This document shows, in pieces, positions 10,501 through 20,686 of a stretch of 50,440 nucleotides of DNA. Each line of letters opens with the position of its first letter. The stretch's first letter is position 1. Location of the stretch: contig PDRI01000095.1 in NCBI GenBank assembly GCA_002748055.1, positions 69,081-119,520 of the forward strand, given 5' to 3'. A program made the translations under genes and the position numbers. The DNA comes from Bacteroidota bacterium. Lineage in GTDB: Bacteria > Bacteroidota > Bacteroidia > Bacteroidales > GCA-2748055. Under the pieces are notes generated by a model. It was not told the origin of the DNA. It worked only from the letters and a program-made list of their open reading frames with translations, and did not search any database.

Positions 10501-10961
10501 GTATTCTGTCCGACGCCGTAATCTGGAGCCTTGAACCGGATAGTGTTGAAGCCAGCTATGCTTTAATGCCTTATGGCTTTGATGTCAGGGGGTCAGGAAC
10601 CTGCAACGGAAATGGAACCGTCAGGGTTCGTGCACATGCCTGGGACAATCCCGCGGTCTATGACGAAGTGGAAGTGACCATTTCGGGACAGGGGAGCAAC
10701 TGCAACGTGGGGATTGAGGGCTCAATGAAGGAAGAATTGCGTATTTATCCGAATCCTGCCAGTGGCCTGCTGTATGTAAGCGGTTTACCAGATGGTACAA
10801 AGAAACTGGAGGTGTTCGACATAGGCGGACGTCTGTGCCTTTCGGCAGAGAGCGTGGATAAAGAAGCTGAAATAGACCTGTCGGATTTCGATTCCGGGCT
10901 CTATCTTCTGAAGGTTTCCGGCTCGCGTGAACTGTTGATCAGGAAATTCATTTGTGACTGA
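7515..10961 (+). CDS. T9SS-secreted multidomain protein: Ig-like + PA14 + 2xFN3 + clan-A-like (GH51-related) TIM barrel + Ig + T9SS CTD
   Basis: Signal peptide; PA14-like KGYLIPPVSGDYYF...LEAGKCY...LKWEGPG; two FN3 (LSPGTDY, LTPETDY); IRWG, FEFGNEVWG, YFYESN; CTD IYPNPA...GLYLLKV. Confidence 0.8.
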   Translation: MKRILLLIALFIPVASLSAQNAPVIGTPQDATLFVGSGLNFLMIPNVSDGDEGVGQEISFSATSSDPSILEINDVSYSAGHTMAVIHATEKGLSGTVSIGVEATDEDGSVQTSFDVSIGAYHNQGINFEIHDIVFWQTHVPLNSSPAFSMIAENGMAPYSQIDLKGLDLSVYADCDGDICTGTDFFTALFKGYLIPPVSGDYYFYMVSGDHKSIGISDSEDFDDAEVILHSVDGIGTNAGEREWKSVQISLEAGKCYAIYGTHWNVHTLMGGLKWEGPGIEKEYIPGEYLSYVYDVFKPSVPANFKLLNTGITDIVLSWSEATDDRNIAGYNLYLNGLRFNDTPLKDTSCQLGNLSPGTDYCMVVTSVDMAGNESAESNPVCTTTYLEDEVAPLSPTSLEAKIVSDLGLKVEWSGASDGETEIRGYRLYVNGELYTVDGLIYEEESEILGLTPETDYAIEVEALDAAYNVSDKSEALIVSTTAFSPYDTSISSTKGRLSILMDPIGRSEGIGINPNYVSGEFLNDPEQVRLIKELEAGAIRWGALDANPLNFKDFTGPGKPITFGRFMDFCNQTGAYTVISCGVEDGSDWRKHPETFSNFLEYLAGGAETTYGAKRVAEGYSQSLLEGSPGMVFEFGNEVWGADAHAAQIGSDYAEYGRWCREMATVMRASNYFDDEKIFLSYSGRRPVASDSYGLYEELFKGDTGEVDWLAVSGYLGGNLNYSPEIDPGESELEYYKNGIREMIRNLNGLEETMDVVLQTCGDIKPTYFYESNMTTSAYYGRLGQAVIQTDYYASLVEKGGVLPTIFHLTDGQWKMVVPSQDYKKLPLFHTTMYYNRYCKGNALKTDFVTSLNTSYDPVGCHIYSEGDAFGLMLASRDFENDWTVQLDLPDELELMRPESVKMYTITGNGYSTRKARIDSSVVSMSDSMLIKVPKYSMVVMGFEGSGAGIENVPLGFYDYKAADSISIYALGGIEVYEINGRDKLIFKADVFPEGILSDAVIWSLEPDSVEASYALMPYGFDVRGSGTCNGNGTVRVRAHAWDNPAVYDEVEVTISGQGSNCNVGIEGSMKEELRIYPNPASGLLYVSGLPDGTKKLEVFDIGGRLCLSAESVDKEAEIDLSDFDSGLYLLKVSGSRELLIRKFICD

Positions 10962-11012
10962 TGGGAGAACTAAAAATCCTTAAATTTACCGACGGGAACT
11001 GATTCCCCTCGC

Positions 11013-14000
11013 ATGAAGCGGTTTTTATTACCAATTCTATTTCTGTCCGGCTTTTTGCTTGTCCTTCAGGGACAACATACCGAGGTGAGGTTTCACCATC
11101 TGGGCGTTGAAGACGGGCTTACACATAGCCTGGTTTCGGCGATTGTGGAGGATACACTGGGTTATATCTGGATCGGCACCCAGGATGGTTTAAACCGCTA
11201 TGATGGTTATGAGTTCCGGACCTACTACAAGGGCGAGGGCGACCGAAGTCCCTCAGACAGCTGGATCGCCACGATTTATGTGGACAGCCATAATCAGTTG
11301 TGGATTCAGTATGTCGGCCATGGGCTCAACCGCTTCGATCCGACCACAGAAACCTTTAAGGACTATGCACCGGATCCGCTCAATGAATCCAGCATCTCGA
11401 GCAATCTAACTCCTTCTGATTATGCAGCGGACCATATGTTTTTTGAAGATTCCGACCAACAGCTTTGGATCGGTACAGGTCATGGCCTCAACCGCTATAA
11501 CAGGGAAGATGACAGTTTCACCCGGTTTTTGAGTGATCCCGATAATCCGGCAAGTTTAAGTGGTGACAGGATTACATGCCTGTTCGAGTGTAAAGAGGGC
11601 TACCTGTGGGTTGGAACCACAAACGGGCTGAATCGCTTAAACCGGGCAAGCGGCGAAGTTAAGCAATTTACGGCTCAGCCTTCCAGCAACAGGCATATAC
11701 GCGAATCGCTTATTTGCTCGGGCTATTGTGCCGAAGACGGATCCATCTGGGTGGGTACCCAGCGGGGGCTGGATCTTATTCTCAATCCCGGTGATGAGCA
11801 TTCTAAGGTACTTCATCTGTTATCGGAACCTCTGAATCCCAATGATCTTGTTGGCATCAATAAGATCATCAGAACACCCACAGGGGAAATGCTTGTGGGT
11901 TCCAGTCAGGGCCTTTACAGAATCCATCGGGAGGGCGATCAGTACCAGGCCATCCTCTATCCGCAGACCAGGGGTATTCCTGTTTCTCGCATGCTTGTCG
12001 ATTCCAGGAATTACATCTGGGTCTCTTCCGGTGAAAATGTAGAGCGGAGCCTTTTCAGGCTTAGTCCCGATGCAGCACATCTTGAGTCCTTTGAAATTGG
12101 CCGAAACGATCCCTTCATGTTCAAAGGCGGACGGGTAAAAGGCCTGTTGGAGAGCCGGACCGGCCTGGTTTGGATCGGATCCGAAAAAAATGGGATATAC
12201 CGGGTCGATCTGAATGCACGACAGTTTAAAACCATCGACAACTACCCGGGCAGGGGCCTGTATATCAGCGACAATGAAGTCTATTCCATCTATGAGGATG
12301 ACAATCAGCAGCTTTACATTGGAACGAAAACAGAATTGAACCTGATCGATTTGAAAGACGGTTCCACCAAAGGCTTTAATAACAGGAAAGAACTGAAACG
12401 GGACATTCCCTGGGAGTATTCCCCCAATCTTTGTGCAGAGCTGGTGGGGGTGTTGGAGCCCAACCATGAGGGTAAAATCTGGATGGGCGCTTTCGATTAC
12501 AAAGTGAGCCTCTATGATCCGGGAAAGCAACAATTTCTGAATTTTCACCTGGATGAGTTCAATCCCGAGTCCTTTCTTCTATGGTCCATGCGATCCATCT
12601 GTGTAACGAAAAGTGGCGAGGTTTACTTTGGATCTACAGGCCTGGGCCTGGCACAGCTCCGGGATGATGCATATTCTTTTGAATACTTTCCGAAAGTGGA
12701 AACCGGGGATTCAAGCGGGCCCAATGACGGCCATATTCAGTCCATTTATGAGTCTTCGGACGGAATTCTCTGGCTGGGTACCCTCAATGGCGGACTGAAC
12801 CGTTTTGATGCGCAAACCCGCCTTTTTAAACACTATGTAAACGATCCCGGGAATCCCGGATCCATTTCCAGTAACCGGGTAACCTGCATCCTGGAACCGG
12901 AGATTCACAGCGGTGATCTACTCTGGATCGGAACCAATAACGGGGGATTAAACCGCTTCGATACGAAGAAAGGCGCATTCAGCAGCTATGATATAGAGGA
13001 TGGTTTGCCCAGCAATACCATTCATGGGATTCTGGAGGATAAACTTGGAAACCTTTGGCTGAGTACAAACAAGGGGCTCGCGCAGTTCGATCCCCTGACA
13101 GAGCGTTTTAGTGTTTATTCGACAGAAGACGGACTGGTGGGTACAGAATTCAATGAGGGAGCCTTCTTCAAAAACAAGAAAGGGATCATGTATTTTGGCG
13201 GCACAAAAGGTGTCATCTACTTCGATCCGGGAGAGATTCGCGAAAAACCCGACTATGAAGTCCCGGTGATTTTTACCGGGTTCTATATTTCGGGGGAGGA
13301 GGTACGGCCTCTGGACACGATCAATGGACGAGTGATTCTGGATCGGTCCATCTCCATGACCAGGGAGATCAGCCTGAGTCACAGGGAACGCTTTATTTCA
13401 TTTGAGTTTGCCTCCCTGGACATGGCCGCAGCCATGAAGATCAGGTACAGGTACATGCTCGAGGGCTTTGAGAAATCCTGGAAGGAGGTGGACGCAAATC
13501 ACCGTTACATCTCCTATACCAACCTGCCCAGTGGAAGCTATCGCTTAAAGGTCATGGGGACCACCAGCGATGGAAACACCTTCAGGGAGCCCACAGAAAT
13601 TGTGCTCAATATTCTCCCCCCATTCTGGAAAAGAACGGTTTTCAAAGCAATCCTGGCCTTCCTCATTTTCCTCATCTTCCTGTCAATTTTGTCCATCAGG
13701 ACCCGGGTTCTTCAACATCAGAAAAAGCTCCTGGAACGAGAGGTAGAGGAGCGAACCCGCGATCTGAAAGAGGCCAACAGTTTGTTGGGCAATCGAAATG
13801 AGGAGATTCAGGAAATGGCGCAGCGTCTGCATGAAACGGATCAGATGAAATTGAAGTTTCTCACCAATATTTCCCATGAATTCAGGACCCCCCTGACCCT
13901 GATTCTCGGTCCTACCGAGAAGCTCCTGAAGCTTGAGAACTATGAGGATGCAGCGGGCGTAAAGCAGGAGCTTAAACTGATGTATCGAAACGAAAGGAGG

Positions 14001-15449
14001 TTGTTTAAACTGATCAACCAACTGTTGGAGGTCAGGCATGTGGAAACCGGAAATCTGAAGTTGTCCGTTGCCAAAGATGATTTACTTGCGTATCTCAGAG
14101 GCATCTATCTCCTGTTCCTGCCTTATGCCGAAAAGAAGGAAATCGATTTTTGCTTCGAATCCGGATTGGACAGCATTCGAATCCTATTCGATGCTGATAA
14201 AGTGGAAAAGATCTATTACAACCTGCTTTCCAATGCCTTCAAATACACCCCTGTCGGGGGGAGGATTGTATTCTCTGTGAGCAGGACTAAGGAAGCAGGC
14301 GACTGGGTAAAGATCTGCGTGGCAGATGGGGGCCCGGGTATTCCGAAAGAGCACCTGGAACATATATTTGACCGCTTTTACCAGGTCAGCAATAAGCACC
14401 AGTCTGCGAAGATCAGTTCAGGAATCGGACTTTCCCTCTCCCGCGATCTGGTCAAGAGCCATCATGGATTGATCAATGTTCGGAGCGAGGAGGGGCAGGG
14501 AACCGTTTTTGAGGTTCTCCTGCCTGCAAACCCCGATGCTTACAGTGAAGAAGAGATTTTGGTTGAGCCTGAACGCGACCTGAATATGGAGTATATTTCC
14601 TCCATGCTGGAAAACTATGAGAGTGACGGCAGTGAGGGCCTGGACAGCGCCCCCGAAGACGAAGAACTTTTCCGGATTCTGCTGGTGGAAGACAACCCCG
14701 ATCTGCAAATGTTTCTCTACAATGAAATGAGCCCCACCTACAACATTGTATCGGCACAAAACGGGGAGGAAGCATTGAGGCTTGCTACCGAAGGCCTTCC
14801 CGATCTCATTATCAGCGATATAATGATGCCCGTGATGGATGGCATTGAGCTTTGCAAGAGAATCAAGGAGAATGAAATCACCTGTCATATCCCGGTCATT
14901 CTTCTAACGGCAAAAACCGGAACCGAAAGCCAAATCGAGGGTTTTGAATCGGGCGCAAGCGACTTTATTACCAAGCCCTTCAATCCCGAAATCCTGAGAC
15001 TAAAGGTGAAAAACATTCTGGATTCGAGAAAGCGGCTGGCTAACAGGTTCTCGGAATCGGCAAAGTATATCCCCGAAAACATCAGTATTACCGAGATCGA
15101 TCAGGGTTTCCTGGAGAAGCTTGTAAGAATAGTGGAGGAAAACATCGATGACCCCGAGTTGTCGGGTGACCGGCTGGCAAGCGAACTCGGGATAAGCAAG
15201 GGAAATCTGTACAAGAAGTTGAAAACCCTGACCGGCATGACCGTCAATATTTATGTGCGGACCATTCGGTTGAAGATCGCTGCAAGGCTCCTTAAGCAGG
15301 GGAATTACAATATCTCTGAGGTGGCCTATGCCGTCGGCTTCAACAATCCAAAGTACTTTTCGACCTGTTTCAGCGAGATGTTCAGGGTCTCACCCAAGGC
15401 CTACATGAAAGACTGTCCCCCTGTTCTAAAACGAACGGCCAGCTCCTAG
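11013..15449 (+). CDS. Hybrid two-component system sensor/regulator (Reg_prop repeats, YYY, HisKA, HATPase, REC, AraC HTH)
   Basis: Repeated LWIGT..GLNR blades; YTNLPSGSY; TM helix; NISHEFRTPL; NLLSNAFKYT; SDIMMPVMDG; SEVAYAVGFNNPKYFS. Confidence 0.97.
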   Translation: MKRFLLPILFLSGFLLVLQGQHTEVRFHHLGVEDGLTHSLVSAIVEDTLGYIWIGTQDGLNRYDGYEFRTYYKGEGDRSPSDSWIATIYVDSHNQLWIQYVGHGLNRFDPTTETFKDYAPDPLNESSISSNLTPSDYAADHMFFEDSDQQLWIGTGHGLNRYNREDDSFTRFLSDPDNPASLSGDRITCLFECKEGYLWVGTTNGLNRLNRASGEVKQFTAQPSSNRHIRESLICSGYCAEDGSIWVGTQRGLDLILNPGDEHSKVLHLLSEPLNPNDLVGINKIIRTPTGEMLVGSSQGLYRIHREGDQYQAILYPQTRGIPVSRMLVDSRNYIWVSSGENVERSLFRLSPDAAHLESFEIGRNDPFMFKGGRVKGLLESRTGLVWIGSEKNGIYRVDLNARQFKTIDNYPGRGLYISDNEVYSIYEDDNQQLYIGTKTELNLIDLKDGSTKGFNNRKELKRDIPWEYSPNLCAELVGVLEPNHEGKIWMGAFDYKVSLYDPGKQQFLNFHLDEFNPESFLLWSMRSICVTKSGEVYFGSTGLGLAQLRDDAYSFEYFPKVETGDSSGPNDGHIQSIYESSDGILWLGTLNGGLNRFDAQTRLFKHYVNDPGNPGSISSNRVTCILEPEIHSGDLLWIGTNNGGLNRFDTKKGAFSSYDIEDGLPSNTIHGILEDKLGNLWLSTNKGLAQFDPLTERFSVYSTEDGLVGTEFNEGAFFKNKKGIMYFGGTKGVIYFDPGEIREKPDYEVPVIFTGFYISGEEVRPLDTINGRVILDRSISMTREISLSHRERFISFEFASLDMAAAMKIRYRYMLEGFEKSWKEVDANHRYISYTNLPSGSYRLKVMGTTSDGNTFREPTEIVLNILPPFWKRTVFKAILAFLIFLIFLSILSIRTRVLQHQKKLLEREVEERTRDLKEANSLLGNRNEEIQEMAQRLHETDQMKLKFLTNISHEFRTPLTLILGPTEKLLKLENYEDAAGVKQELKLMYRNERRLFKLINQLLEVRHVETGNLKLSVAKDDLLAYLRGIYLLFLPYAEKKEIDFCFESGLDSIRILFDADKVEKIYYNLLSNAFKYTPVGGRIVFSVSRTKEAGDWVKICVADGGPGIPKEHLEHIFDRFYQVSNKHQSAKISSGIGLSLSRDLVKSHHGLINVRSEEGQGTVFEVLLPANPDAYSEEEILVEPERDLNMEYISSMLENYESDGSEGLDSAPEDEELFRILLVEDNPDLQMFLYNEMSPTYNIVSAQNGEEALRLATEGLPDLIISDIMMPVMDGIELCKRIKENEITCHIPVILLTAKTGTESQIEGFESGASDFITKPFNPEILRLKVKNILDSRKRLANRFSESAKYIPENISITEIDQGFLEKLVRIVEENIDDPELSGDRLASELGISKGNLYKKLKTLTGMTVNIYVRTIRLKIAARLLKQGNYNISEVAYAVGFNNPKYFSTCFSEMFRVSPKAYMKDCPPVLKRTASS

Positions 15450-18373
15450 CGGGTCGTAAATGTGCTGATTTTCGCAGTTCCGGAGAGCCCAGCCGGTATT
15501 AAACCATATTCCTCCCTGGGAATGGTTTCAAGGGGGTAGGCCCATGCGATGGGCAGGCGGCTCACATTGGTTCGGGTTCGTCTTTGCTGCGCCGGGAGTC
15601 TGGCGTCTCCAACCAGGCCATTTGCCCAGGTATTGGCCACATCCACCCTCAACAGATTCTTTCCAGTTTGCAGCTGAGCTGTAATATCTGCCCGGAAAGG
15701 CTTCTTCCACAATACACCTAAGTCCTCGCCATTCAGGTACACCCTGGCCACCTCAACAACTGAGCTAAGCTCAAAGAATACGCGCTGATCCGGGTTAGCC
15801 TCGCCATTCCAGTCAAAGGCCTTTTCATAGGTGGCTATTCCCGAGAAGAAGCGAATGCCATCCTCGGGTCTCCTGTTCCAATACACAAGCGAATCGAAAA
15901 CCACCTCTCCAATCCCACCCGATTCCTCCGGGAAACAGATCTGCCAGGGCCCTTTAATTTCGCGGGTAGCAAGCATTTTATCTTCCCTGAACCAGGCGGG
16001 TGGATGCCCCTGTTCCAGGCAGGCTTCATTTTCATCATCCGCATAAAAAACAACAAAGACTGAGCCATGGGCATCCAGATTCAGGTCCAGCTCCAGGCCG
16101 GAGGCTACTTCCCTGCTTTCGGCCCTGTACATGAGTCCGCTTGCAGGATCCCAGTATTCTGCCCTGCCTCCTTTCTGCCTGAAAACAGCTTTACCCGAAA
16201 CCGGCCGGTCAATTGCATTTCGGATAAAATAGATTTCCGTGTCGCCCCTGCTGCGATGGATGAAATCCAGCGCATCCTTTTCCGTGCTTCCCCTGAAATC
16301 AAAATCGGGACCTATCCCTTTCTCCCTGAGTATGGAACGCAGGTCCTCCCCGCAGATGATCTCTCCCAATCCATATTCCTGGCGCCTTACATGAATGCCG
16401 TCGCAATCCCCCCATATTTTTTCTGCCAGTTCGCGGACCCTTATGTCGTGTTGCTCCCGCTTGTACAAACCATGGCTTCTCAAGGGTTTTGGACCAACGA
16501 TGGTGGCGCCTGCCTCGGTCAGTTTTCCGATCTTTTCCAGAATGCCGGCTTGTATATGGTCTTCATCGGGAAGAACCAGCAATGCATAATTCTGCCCATG
16601 TGGGAGGACCAGTCTGCCATCCTTTACTTCAAGCTTATTCAGAAGGATGTCGGAATTGCATACATCATAGTCGAACCCAAATCCCAGGCCCTCCACAATA
16701 TGTTTCGGGGGCACAAAATTGGGTGCCGAATCGCCATAGTAGAAAAGTACATCACCTATAAATTGGCCCTGCTGAAGCATGTAGGAGCACCTTCCAAGGT
16801 ATTCGATAAAGGGTTTGCTCATGGGCCACCATATCCGGTTTTCATTGATGAGGGTGCCAAAAGCATAGGCCCATCCGGGAGTGCCTGCCTCTTCAGGTGT
16901 ATGGGGCCAGGTATGGAAATTTATCCGGTTCAGCCCCTCACAAAAAGCCCTGTCGACAGTTGGTTTCAAATCGCCCGGGCCCTCATTCCAAAGGTGGATG
17001 CCGGTAAAGGCTTCTGCCTCGACATACTTTTGGTTGTAAATGTGGGAGGCACATGCAACGCCCTTGATCACATTTAAATCGGTCAGAAAATGCCTCTCAT
17101 CCTCCGTTCCTCTGTATGCCCTCCAGTAATCGCTATTCTGAGGAAGATGCCAGAATTCGCCCCTTGGAAAAGAAAGGGATCCCGATGACAGGAGCGATTC
17201 AAACGGACAATTGTGGATGGGCATCCCGGGGCCTGCAGCCTCGGCCACAAAACCCACACCGTGCTCTTCACAAATCTCGCGGGTGCGGCGGTAGTGGTTT
17301 TCAATAATGAGGTCGGACAATACCCTGCGAAAGTCGTACATAAAGCGGCGGCTAATCTCCGGGCTCTCCACTGTTTCTCCGTCCAAAACCGGGAGATAAG
17401 GAAGCAAACTATAGCCCATTCTTTCCTGAAATTCGTCGAGCATTTGGGGTGTCCACAAGCGGCCCTTCACTTCATAACTATCTGTATAAAAATAACTGAG
17501 TCCTGATTCTCCAAGTGATTTCCCCAGGGCTTTCTCCAGTTTTTCGATAAAATACCGGATATGCCTTTCACTGGCCTCTGCATTGAAATGATCAATCATG
17601 GGCCCGTGCGAATTGGGTGTGCTCGAAAACATTGGCTGACCCGTGTTGGTACACACATAGCGGACCACCGTCCACTCCCCCTCGGGGACATCCCAGTTCA
17701 GCACTCCTGAGGCATCCATCCGCTCACTCAGATCCAAAACCTTCCCTTCGATGCATTCATTTTCCCCCTTAACTGAAGGCCACGCCAAAACCGCCACATC
17801 TTTATAAAAGACGGGCAGGCCGTCCACGCCAAGAGTTATAAAGACCTTGTTCTCATCGTCTTCTTCAGTTGTAAGCGGAAGTTCGGGAAAAGGCAGTACG
17901 ATCTTCTGTTTACCCGGGCCGGAAACCTTAAGCCTGGAGTCAAACAGCCCCATGGTCTGGTGCTCGGGAAGGGTCCAGCTTCCCCCCGCATTCCATCCAC
18001 TCGAAATGATCAGTCCCAGGTCCAGCCCAATCCTTTCAGCCTCATTAATGGCATGGCAAATAGCCTCAACCGACTCGTCCCCCATAAAAGGAGGCCCTGC
18101 CGGTACAACCCCCGCCTCATCCATCACGCTTCGAACATCCCAGATGTCAAAACCCCCAAGTCCCATGCGCCTGGCCTCTTCCATCTCCCGTGTAATCTCC
18201 TCTAACTGAAAATTCCCATCCACCCAGTCCCACAAAGCCCTGGGACGAGCCTCAAGGGGCGGAGACCTGAACCCCTCGCGGAGCCCGTCGATTTCATCCT
18301 TCTCTGTGCGATTACATGCCGGCAGCAATGCCACTGCCATCAGCATGGAAAACATCGTGAATTTCAGTTTCAT
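15446..18373 (-). CDS. GH106-family alpha-L-rhamnosidase-like lipoprotein
   Basis: Lipobox LPAC; RPRALWDWVDGN, SSGWNAGG, TDSYEV, AEAFT, EGLNRINFH; C-terminal GH2-type sugar-binding domain (NLLRVDVANTWAN). Confidence 0.88.
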   Translation of the reverse strand: MKLKFTMFSMLMAVALLPACNRTEKDEIDGLREGFRSPPLEARPRALWDWVDGNFQLEEITREMEEARRMGLGGFDIWDVRSVMDEAGVVPAGPPFMGDESVEAICHAINEAERIGLDLGLIISSGWNAGGSWTLPEHQTMGLFDSRLKVSGPGKQKIVLPFPELPLTTEEDDENKVFITLGVDGLPVFYKDVAVLAWPSVKGENECIEGKVLDLSERMDASGVLNWDVPEGEWTVVRYVCTNTGQPMFSSTPNSHGPMIDHFNAEASERHIRYFIEKLEKALGKSLGESGLSYFYTDSYEVKGRLWTPQMLDEFQERMGYSLLPYLPVLDGETVESPEISRRFMYDFRRVLSDLIIENHYRRTREICEEHGVGFVAEAAGPGMPIHNCPFESLLSSGSLSFPRGEFWHLPQNSDYWRAYRGTEDERHFLTDLNVIKGVACASHIYNQKYVEAEAFTGIHLWNEGPGDLKPTVDRAFCEGLNRINFHTWPHTPEEAGTPGWAYAFGTLINENRIWWPMSKPFIEYLGRCSYMLQQGQFIGDVLFYYGDSAPNFVPPKHIVEGLGFGFDYDVCNSDILLNKLEVKDGRLVLPHGQNYALLVLPDEDHIQAGILEKIGKLTEAGATIVGPKPLRSHGLYKREQHDIRVRELAEKIWGDCDGIHVRRQEYGLGEIICGEDLRSILREKGIGPDFDFRGSTEKDALDFIHRSRGDTEIYFIRNAIDRPVSGKAVFRQKGGRAEYWDPASGLMYRAESREVASGLELDLNLDAHGSVFVVFYADDENEACLEQGHPPAWFREDKMLATREIKGPWQICFPEESGGIGEVVFDSLVYWNRRPEDGIRFFSGIATYEKAFDWNGEANPDQRVFFELSSVVEVARVYLNGEDLGVLWKKPFRADITAQLQTGKNLLRVDVANTWANGLVGDARLPAQQRRTRTNVSRLPIAWAYPLETIPREEYGLIPAGLSGTAKISTFTTR

Positions 18374-18630
18374 ACCACAATAATTAATTCAATATGAATG
18401 ATTTATGAGATACTGTGCCATCCCCCTTTCCTGGCTGTCACTTCCCGGCCAAACATATTGCAATGACGCATAAAGGTAACTATAGCTGAAGGATTAGTCA
18501 ATGCACAAGGGGGAATGAGTATATTTATCCGATGCTTGCTGGAAAATACCATACTTTATCAGAAAAATAGGGAACCATGCCCATGCTACATATTCATACT
18601 TTTAGGGTTGGGTTGAAAAACACAATAAAC

Positions 18631-20583
18631 ATGATTCGAAATACGCTCAAGTCGGTCTCTTTCTTGCTACTCTTTCTGAGTTGCTTCTCCTGTCAGCATA
18701 AATCGGGCCCATGGAAACTGGAGTCGCCTGATAAACAACTCTGTGTCGAGGTATTCCTGGACCACTCGGAAAAGTCCGGAAGGCTTCACTATACCGTCAG
18801 CCGGGTTATCGATGGCAGCACGACAGAAATAATGGATCCCTCTCCCCTGGGAATTAAAAGGGAGGATGCTGCCTTTGTTTCGGGCCTGGAATTTGTTTCT
18901 GCTTCCTACCGGGAAGGAATCGAAGATGCCTATACCCTGGTAAGTGGTAAAAAGCTGAAGAATTCCAACACCTACAACAGCCTCTGGTTAAATGTAAGAA
19001 ACCGGGAAAAGGAAAAACTCACCCTCGATCTGAGAGCCTATAATGGAGGTGTCGCATTCAGGTATCATTTCCCGGGAGAAAGTGAAAACAGTGTAAGGGT
19101 ATGTGAAGAACTCAGCGGCTTCAACTTTAAGGACGGGAATTTCTGGGCCCATCCCTATGACACAGTCAGTATGTGGACCCCCAGTTATGAAACCTACTAC
19201 CAGGGCCCTGTAGCTGTTGGAACCAAGGCTCCACCGGGTAAAAGCGGCTGGGCCTTCCCCATTTTGGTGGAGTCGGCAGGAAGCTGGATGATGGTTTCGG
19301 AAGCAGGTTTTGATGGAAACTATGGTGCCTCCCACCTTCAACCCGGCTGCGAAAACGGAGAATACCTGATCCGGTTTGCCGAAGCAGGTGAGGCAGAGGG
19401 CTATTATGAAAATACTTCGCATTCGGTCCTTCCCTGGAACACGGCGTGGAGATTTATTGCCATTGGAGCCAGCCCGGCATCTGTTGTGGAAACTTCGCTT
19501 CCCACAGACCTGGCTGCCCCCTCCGAATTGGACGATCTCTCCTGGATAAAGCCTGGCCGATCCTCCTGGAGCTGGTGGTCGGATAGCGACAGCCCCAGGG
19601 ATTACGAAAAGATGCTCCCCTTTATCGATTTGGCTGCTGCCATGGGCTGGGAATACCATTTGGTGGATGCCGGATGGAACAGGATGAAAAACGGGGACCT
19701 GGAGAAACTGGTGAGCTATGCCGACAGTAAGAATGTAAAACTGCTGGCCTGGTACAACTCGGGAGGAAAACACAATGTAGTTGGGGAAGAACCCCGCGAT
19801 CTGATGGATCAGCCAATGATCAGGAGAAAAGAATTCGAACGCATCAGTCAGATGGGAATCAAAGGCGTTAAGGTTGATTTTTTCCAGTCCGACAAGCAGG
19901 AGATCATAAAGCAGTATCTTGAAATACTCAGGGATGCCGCCGAATTCGGACTGCTTGTAAACTTCCATGGTTGTACCATCCCCAAGGGCTGGAGGAGAAC
20001 CTGGCCCAACCTCCTGACGATGGAAGCCTTAAAAGGCGGGGAATGCTATCGCTTTAATCCGGATTATCCCCAAAAGGCCCCTGCCCATTTAACCATCATA
20101 CCCTTTACCCGGAATGCAGTGGGCCCCTGCGACTATACGACGGGGGGCTTCTCGGACAATACCTATCCCCACCTCACCACCTTTGGCTTTGAACTGGCCC
20201 TGCCGGTGGTGATTGAATCGGGCATCATGCATCACATCGACACCCCGGAACAAACGCTGGGGCTTCCTTCCTTTGCAGTGGATTTTTTGAAGCGGATTCC
20301 GGTGACCTGGGACAATACAAAATACCTGAGCGGCTACCCCGGAAAGGATGTGGTAATTGCGCGTCAGAAGGGTGAGCATTGGTATATCGGCGGAATCAAC
20401 GGGGAAAAGCGGAGCAAAGAAATCACCATTGATCTTTCCCTTACAGGACAGGCCCCCACCGAGGTTGAACTGATCATCGACGGGGATGGCCCTCGCCACT
20501 TGCAGGCAGGCAGGGCAAAAACAAAGGATGGGAAACTGACCCTCACCCTCCAACCCTTCGGCGGATTCACGGGCTACTGGTAG
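18631..20583 (+). CDS. Glycoside hydrolase family 97, probably retaining (alpha-galactosidase-type) subgroup
   Basis: Start taken as ATG 18631; GVAFRY, SWIKPG, VDAGW, GVKVDF (Asp nucleophile typical of retaining GH97), NFHG, GPCDYT. Confidence 0.92.
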   Translation: MIRNTLKSVSFLLLFLSCFSCQHKSGPWKLESPDKQLCVEVFLDHSEKSGRLHYTVSRVIDGSTTEIMDPSPLGIKREDAAFVSGLEFVSASYREGIEDAYTLVSGKKLKNSNTYNSLWLNVRNREKEKLTLDLRAYNGGVAFRYHFPGESENSVRVCEELSGFNFKDGNFWAHPYDTVSMWTPSYETYYQGPVAVGTKAPPGKSGWAFPILVESAGSWMMVSEAGFDGNYGASHLQPGCENGEYLIRFAEAGEAEGYYENTSHSVLPWNTAWRFIAIGASPASVVETSLPTDLAAPSELDDLSWIKPGRSSWSWWSDSDSPRDYEKMLPFIDLAAAMGWEYHLVDAGWNRMKNGDLEKLVSYADSKNVKLLAWYNSGGKHNVVGEEPRDLMDQPMIRRKEFERISQMGIKGVKVDFFQSDKQEIIKQYLEILRDAAEFGLLVNFHGCTIPKGWRRTWPNLLTMEALKGGECYRFNPDYPQKAPAHLTIIPFTRNAVGPCDYTTGGFSDNTYPHLTTFGFELALPVVIESGIMHHIDTPEQTLGLPSFAVDFLKRIPVTWDNTKYLSGYPGKDVVIARQKGEHWYIGGINGEKRSKEITIDLSLTGQAPTEVELIIDGDGPRHLQAGRAKTKDGKLTLTLQPFGGFTGYW

Positions 20584-20686
20584 GCCTCTCAGTCCCCGTT
20601 TACCTGCGCGCAAGCCATTCTGTTTGCACCCGTTTTGGAATGGCCGCCGATGCTCAGCCTTTCATCCTCCGGCTTTGCCTGAATGC

